Assembly: GCA_002842035.1 (NCBI GenBank)
Contig: PHBP01000001.1
Span: 39,674-103,673, forward strand
DNA from: Candidatus Cloacimonetes bacterium HGW-Cloacimonetes-2
Lineage (GTDB): Bacteria > Cloacimonadota > Cloacimonadia > Cloacimonadales > Cloacimonadaceae
Length of the DNA: 64,000 nucleotides
Reading direction: 5' to 3'
Below, one piece after another: positions 60,101-64,000 of this stretch. Both the position numbers and the translations under genes were made by a program. Every line of letters starts with the position of its first letter. The first letter of the stretch is position 1. The notes under the pieces were generated by a model that was given only the letters and a program-made list of their open reading frames with translations, made no database searches and was not told the DNA's origin.

Positions 60101-60833
60101 TATCAAACATCGAATGCTTGATCACCAGGATGCGTCCCTGCTCGTCAAGCAGAGGATATTTGGCGTCACCAAAGTTCAGGAACAGATTGCTGTATATCTC
60201 TTCAAAGAATCTGCTGTAGGTGTTCCTGGGGCTGGAAATGGAATTGGTAAGATCAGTGCCTGTATTGTTCAGAGCGACTCTTACCTTGGTGAAGACACGC
60301 AGGGTCTGAGTTTCAGGCATATAGACAAAAGGCTGGAAGCGTACAGTGATGCCTCTGTAATCACGGATAATGAAAGGTTCCGTAATATAGGCGATCTGCT
60401 CGGGATAGCTTCCGCTGGTATTGTAAAATTCACCAAAGGTGTAAGGAACACTTGCGGGATCAATATCGCGGGTAAGATTGCCCTTGGAAGGAGCAATAGG
60501 CATTGCGAGATCGACATACTCGGTATTGAGCACCGAGAGCTCCATACGGGCTGTTCCCGGGATAATGAAGCTTCCTGCCATCACAGGTACTTGGGGCAAC
60601 CCCGGTTCCAGCGTAAGGCCTGCTTTCTTTAAGGACAGTTCGTACCAGGTGCTGCCATTGATCTGGACGGCTTCCCGGCTAAACTGGCCCAGGCTAAGCT
60701 CTGCAATAATGTTGTTTGCAGAACTGCTGATGAGTCTTACTTCGTTGGAGTAAGTACTCACGGTCATATCCTCGGCAAAGAGCACCGCGCTAAGCAGTAA
60801 CAGGAGCCCAAGGATCAGCGTTAAACGTTTCAT
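57141..60833 (-). CDS. Secreted gingipain-like cysteine peptidase (C25 family) with T9SS C-terminal sorting domain (C25-2)
   Basis: ATG 60833 directly follows ggagga; signal peptide MKRLTLILGLLLLL. Catalytic-dyad blocks INYVGHGSDTSW and FIVSVACVNGNF, spaced as in gingipains. Ig/CARDB-like modules, a lectin-like module ending CAWIDDIIFP, and CTD NYPNPFNPTTTIAF..GVYFYKM..MIMMK. Confidence 0.88.
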   Translation of the reverse strand: MKRLTLILGLLLLLSAVLFAEDMTVSTYSNEVRLISSSANNIIAELSLGQFSREAVQINGSTWYELSLKKAGLTLEPGLPQVPVMAGSFIIPGTARMELSVLNTEYVDLAMPIAPSKGNLTRDIDPASVPYTFGEFYNTSGSYPEQIAYITEPFIIRDYRGITVRFQPFVYMPETQTLRVFTKVRVALNNTGTDLTNSISSPRNTYSRFFEEIYSNLFLNFGDAKYPLLDEQGRILVIKHSMFDTTIQPYVDWKRQNGYTVDVVDVSTAGPTANQIKTYIQGQYDLNNGLMFVQLVGDAQQIPTLSSGGGGSDPSFALTAGGDSYPDIYIGRFSAQTVAELETQILRTVQYERDIQNGATWLQRAMGIASNEGGGSQGDMGESDATHMNLIRDDLLGYGYTSVDQMYQAMGATAAGVASNLNQGRGFINYVGHGSDTSWVTTGFNNNNVNALVNDNMLPFIVSVACVNGNFTNQTCFAEAWLRSVNESTGAPAGAVAMYASTVNQGWNPPMRGQDEVTDLLIADTRRTIGGLYFNGSSKMIEVYGTSGISEYKNWTIFGDASLQVRTKDPMLMSPSYMPVLMIGMSTMSVQAPPRARITLSGNGIVYGTTVADQAGNATLTMANPPLEPMDLSLTITAFNYQTGIYPIQVLPAQGPYVIVEDFTITDGNNNQADFGETINLSLSLNNVGADPAVGVNATIVSSDPYLTVLTAEESFGDIAANQIGNSTTGFSLQIGANAPDQHEAGFMILISLQDGTTYEYQRSITVNAPNFSWGGLQVSEVEGNGNGRVDAGEVITVTIPVTNNGHAGASNLETTLMVGNVLALIDPIVTNITELPANGNAQYIYQISFSSQIPVGSVASLTAMLYSGAYTAVNTYNVTIGMMIEDFESGNFTGYPWTFTGGNWTTAPGSYNGSNSAKSATITHNGSTAMTVQMDVPQGGNISFWKKVSSEQNYDYLKFYINGVMKNQWSGTSDDWSQATYAVQPGLTTFKWEYVKDSMVSSGSDCAWIDDIIFPSMGGTAGTPAIAVNVTTIDFGSIETGEENIQNLIITNSGTASLLVSAAVQAPFYLSQGENLTFNMSIPAGESYNLPVIFRPSEGGLFSSLLNLTSDDPNALHTEIALMGLASTVDNDDNLNPMVTALKGNYPNPFNPTTTIAFSLSDASPVKIEIYNILGQKVTTLVNSQLAAGQHNVSWNGRDDNGRGVASGVYFYKMSAGRYTSTKKMIMMK

Positions 60834-60931
60834 GGTATCCTCCATCAGTGGATATTGTCTTTATTTGGTATATCTTGGATGAACCCGGCTTTGGCATTGG
60901 TAGTCTTTGCGAGATTCATTCAGCATACTCC

Positions 60932-60969
60932 AAAAAAGGGGCTTGGGCCTGCGCAAATGGCAGGCCCAA
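60932..60969 (-). terminator. Rho-independent terminator of C25-3
   Basis: Minus strand: ttgggcctgc-catttgc-gcaggcccaa followed by gcccctttttt. Confidence 0.75.
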
Positions 60970-60980
60970 ACCTGATTCCT

Positions 60981-63900
60981 TTATTTCATCAGGATCATCC
61001 TGAGAGTCTTTGAGTAATTAGCGCTGTCCATACGGTAGAGATATACTCCGCTGGAGACGCTGTTGCCATTGTTATCCAGTCCGTTCCAGACAATCGAGTG
61101 CTTTCCGGCAGGCAGATTACTGCTTACCAGGTTACGCACCAGCTGTCCCCTCAGGTTATAGACCTTGAGGCTTACGATACCGGCTTCTTTGGTGGAGAAG
61201 CGGATAGTCGTCTCTGGATTGAAGGGATTGGGATAGTTTGCTTCGAGCTTGGTAATCATCGGGCTCACTGAAGGATCGTCGTTATCAACCACCTGAAGGC
61301 TGATATTGATGATGCTTACCGCATTGGCAGGATCGTTTGAAGTGATCGTAATCGTTTCGTTGATTACGGCAGGAGCGCTAGCAGAGTATCCCAGCGAGAA
61401 GAGCATTGTGCCACCGGCAGGGATGCTGTAGTTGTAGCTATCAGGCAGGACGCTGCCATTGTTGCTGAGCTCGAAAGCCGCAGGAACTGTAACGCTACCG
61501 GTAAGAGAAACATTGCCGAGATTACGGATAACAAAGTCTTCGCTGACCTCTTCACCGCTATTGACTTCGCCATAGGCCAAGCTTGTCACGGGGAGATAGA
61601 TCATCGGGACATTGGCATTTCCACTCATCGGGAAGACGATATCATCGATCCAGGCGCAATCACTGCCACTGGCATAGGACACGTCCTTGGAATAGGTCCA
61701 CTTGAAGGTTCTGGTGCCGGCTGTTACAGGATAAGTAACTTGTGCCCAATCCTGTGTTCCAGACCAGCTACCCATCTCAGTATTATCGATGGAGAACTTC
61801 AGCCAGTCGTAGTTGTTTTCGCTGGAGACTTTTCTCCAGAAGCTGATATTGCCATCAGAACCCACATTGAGGGTCACCTGCAGGGTAGTGCTGGCATTGT
61901 TTCCGATTGTGCCGGACTTGGTAGCATAAGTACCGCTATGCACATTTGTACCACCCGAGACGATAGTCCAGGGATTAGCGCTGGTATTTACCCAGGGGAA
62001 GGTGGTAAAGTTGTTGGCTTCAAAGCCTTCAGCAATCACACCCACGGGCAGCATTATGGCATGATTGACCATCTGCATACCGGCAGTATAAGCAAAGCCG
62101 ATCGGGATGATCGTACCATCAGGGATACCTGCACCCAGAGTAACTGTGAAGTTCAAGGGAACAGAATTGCCGATGCCGATTGAGGGCAGCATAAAGCTGT
62201 TGTTCTCGAGAGTCGCATACTGGCTATTCAGTTGAAGGGCAACGCTACCGCTCTCCGCAACCATATGTCCTGTATTCTGAAGGGTTACCGTCACTACTAC
62301 TGTCTCACCGCTCTCATTGAATCCATTGTTGTTGCTATCGGCAAAGGTGGTGGAAGCAAGCTCTACGTTGGGTGCAGAGACCATCATATAGCGAGTGCTG
62401 TTCCAGTTGTTTGTGCCATCGGAGATCACGAAATCAAGCTGTACATTGGTCTGATCCGGAATCATCGGGCTGATCTGAGCAGTGAAGACGCCGGTAACGT
62501 TCAAGTTAGCGCCGGAGTTCACATTGGGCAGATTGGCACTGGTGGCATTGAATGTAATATAAGGACTACCTGTGCTGATTGTAGCGGTAAGGTTGCTAGC
62601 ATCCTGAATACCTACGTTATTGAGGTTCAGATCGAGGCTAACGTTTTCACCGGCTTCGGCGATGTTATTGTTGCCATCGTTTACAGTAATGGCGCTCACC
62701 ATCACATAAGGACCCGCATTGGGCACTACATCTATATTGATAAAGGTAGGTCTTCTGCGTGAACGGGTAAGCACCAATTGTGCTGTTCCGGGAGCATCAA
62801 AGGGACTGTAGCTAAGAGTAAGCTGACCGCTGGCATCTGCCAATCCCACACCCTTGAGCACGCCATTCATTGAAAGAGCTGCATAGGTGAAAGGATCGAC
62901 CGTCATTTCGAGTGAGCTGAGTCCAATGAAAGTAGTCTGCGGCACATTTGCATTGTTTACAGGCGGGATGCCCATATAAATTCCCAGGGAGGGATCGCCC
63001 ATCACGGAGTAAATCTCCCAGTAATAGTTGATTCTGGTGCTGTTGGAAGCCACCACAGCCATATTACCCATAAAGGTCATAGCTCCGGTTGTGGCTGCCC
63101 AATCGGCAAACGGCTCGTCATGATCGTGGAAGACTGCATCATAAGCACCGGTGCGATTGGCTACAAAGGGTGAACCCGTACCAACCACCGGGGGCTTGTG
63201 ACCCACTCCCCACCAATAGTCTTCGTCCCAATAGGTGCTGTTTGTACCACCAATGTAGGCGACTCCACCTTTGTTGACAGCTCTCAACCAGGCTTCGGCA
63301 AAGCTCACACCCGTATCAAAAGCACTGGTAAGACAGCAGTTGCCTACCACTACAGGATACTCATTAGCATTCTGCAGGCTGTTTACATTGCTGACCGTGA
63401 AGGTAGGATCAGCCCAACTGGTCTCAGAACCGTGGGCAGTATAGTTTACATAGCCGACACCATTGCTCACATCCTGGATAATAGCATTATCGGAGGAGCC
63501 GGAGGCGGGATACATATAAGTATGAGAGGTGATGCCGTGGGCTGCGTTGAAGTAGTTATTGACACCATAATTGATTTGACCATTGGCATGGGTAGGACTC
63601 CAGCTACTATCGACACCGGCGATCATCACAACTTCACTGAGGTAAGCATCGCTGGGCATAGTGTATTGTTCGTGCATCAAAGTCTTGTTGACCTGATTGG
63701 TCACTTCTGCGGCTGTAGTGGCGGAGAATCTGCCAAAATACATCTCAGGGACATAATCTGTGCCCTGCAGACGTACATAAGTGAGATCCGTGATATGGCC
63801 GCCGGAGGTCTGGCCGTTGTTCGAAGGAACCTGTGCGACGTCACCCACGATCAGCAGATAGCTGGGAGCGGGGTTATCTGCGGTGGCATTATTCCAAAGT

Positions 63901-63998
63901 CCTTGCAGATAGGTCTTGATCTGATTAGCACTGTTGCCGATCGTCTCTGTGGTGGCAAGGATTACATTAAAGCCTTCCACTTTCTTCCAATCGATAAA
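60981..63998 (-). CDS. Secreted gingipain-like cysteine peptidase (C25 family) with T9SS C-terminal sorting domain (C25-3), 5'-partial
   Basis: The frame stays open to the window edge: FIDWKKVEGFNVILATTETIGNSANQIKTYLQ aligns with the interior of C25-1 and C25-2. Dyad blocks VNYTAHGSETSW and VVVGNCCLTSAF. Lectin-like module ending CAWIDDIVFP. CTD NYPNPFNPETTIRF..GVYLYRM..MILMK. Confidence 0.88.
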   Translation of the reverse strand, partial: FIDWKKVEGFNVILATTETIGNSANQIKTYLQGLWNNATADNPAPSYLLIVGDVAQVPSNNGQTSGGHITDLTYVRLQGTDYVPEMYFGRFSATTAAEVTNQVNKTLMHEQYTMPSDAYLSEVVMIAGVDSSWSPTHANGQINYGVNNYFNAAHGITSHTYMYPASGSSDNAIIQDVSNGVGYVNYTAHGSETSWADPTFTVSNVNSLQNANEYPVVVGNCCLTSAFDTGVSFAEAWLRAVNKGGVAYIGGTNSTYWDEDYWWGVGHKPPVVGTGSPFVANRTGAYDAVFHDHDEPFADWAATTGAMTFMGNMAVVASNSTRINYYWEIYSVMGDPSLGIYMGIPPVNNANVPQTTFIGLSSLEMTVDPFTYAALSMNGVLKGVGLADASGQLTLSYSPFDAPGTAQLVLTRSRRRPTFINIDVVPNAGPYVMVSAITVNDGNNNIAEAGENVSLDLNLNNVGIQDASNLTATISTGSPYITFNATSANLPNVNSGANLNVTGVFTAQISPMIPDQTNVQLDFVISDGTNNWNSTRYMMVSAPNVELASTTFADSNNNGFNESGETVVVTVTLQNTGHMVAESGSVALQLNSQYATLENNSFMLPSIGIGNSVPLNFTVTLGAGIPDGTIIPIGFAYTAGMQMVNHAIMLPVGVIAEGFEANNFTTFPWVNTSANPWTIVSGGTNVHSGTYATKSGTIGNNASTTLQVTLNVGSDGNISFWRKVSSENNYDWLKFSIDNTEMGSWSGTQDWAQVTYPVTAGTRTFKWTYSKDVSYASGSDCAWIDDIVFPMSGNANVPMIYLPVTSLAYGEVNSGEEVSEDFVIRNLGNVSLTGSVTVPAAFELSNNGSVLPDSYNYSIPAGGTMLFSLGYSASAPAVINETITITSNDPANAVSIINISLQVVDNDDPSVSPMITKLEANYPNPFNPETTIRFSTKEAGIVSLKVYNLRGQLVRNLVSSNLPAGKHSIVWNGLDNNGNSVSSGVYLYRMDSANYSKTLRMILMK

Positions 63999-64000
63999 GG

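Noticed and set aside
1-64000. Mobile element, prophage or defence island
   Set aside because: I recognised no integrase, transposase, recombinase, restriction-modification, toxin-antitoxin, Cas, reverse-transcriptase or phage structural motif in any substantial ORF. Apart from a few unassigned envelope proteins and the unknown N-terminal region of the PPDK-like protein, gene content is core metabolism and envelope. The tRNA-Arg shows no adjacent direct repeat of its 3' end.

Overview
This looks like a chromosomal, housekeeping-rich window from a diderm bacterium of the FCB type. The evidence is a fused lpxC-fabZ inside a skp-lpxD-lpxC/fabZ-lpxA cluster and four secreted proteins ending in a T9SS-type C-terminal sorting domain. 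A Cloacimonadota-like origin is only an inference. I call about 44 protein genes (two run off the window edges), one tRNA-Arg(CCT), about 12 hairpin terminators and 3 sigma70-like promoters. All product calls rest on motifs read by eye, since no database search was possible. I found no rRNA, CRISPR array, transposase, integrase, phage gene or recognisable defence gene, so there is no obvious mobile or defence island. Recognised content: asd plus an M20 amidohydrolase, an RNase II-family enzyme, peroxiredoxin, glnA, tyrS, murA, prmC, an EF-G paralog, ornithine carbamoyltransferase, a TolC-MacAB-type efflux operon, xth, queH, acyl-CoA dehydrogenase, gcvPA/PB and the lipid A genes. There are also three very large gingipain-like (C25) proteins and an M28 peptidase, all T9SS cargo. 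Findings worth following up, most interesting first. (1) Two families of dispersed intergenic repeats: family A, four same-strand ~90 bp copies with a conserved hairpin whose loop varies, and family B, six copies in both orientations built around 11-bp phased CTTGnATCCTG units. (2) A four-gene operon encoding an outer-membrane protein with helix-hairpin-helix (HhH) motifs, a FadL-like barrel, a secreted 5'-nucleotidase and a flavodoxin, possibly for scavenging extracellular nucleic acid. (3) A PPDK-like protein that has the ATP-grasp and phosphohistidine domains but no PEP/pyruvate domain, and instead a long unknown N-terminus. (4) A STAS plus receiver-fused RsbW-like kinase pair with no sigma factor or phosphatase nearby. 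(5) One C25 paralog whose catalytic His position reads Tyr. The functional readings in (1)-(5) are hypotheses, not demonstrated systems.
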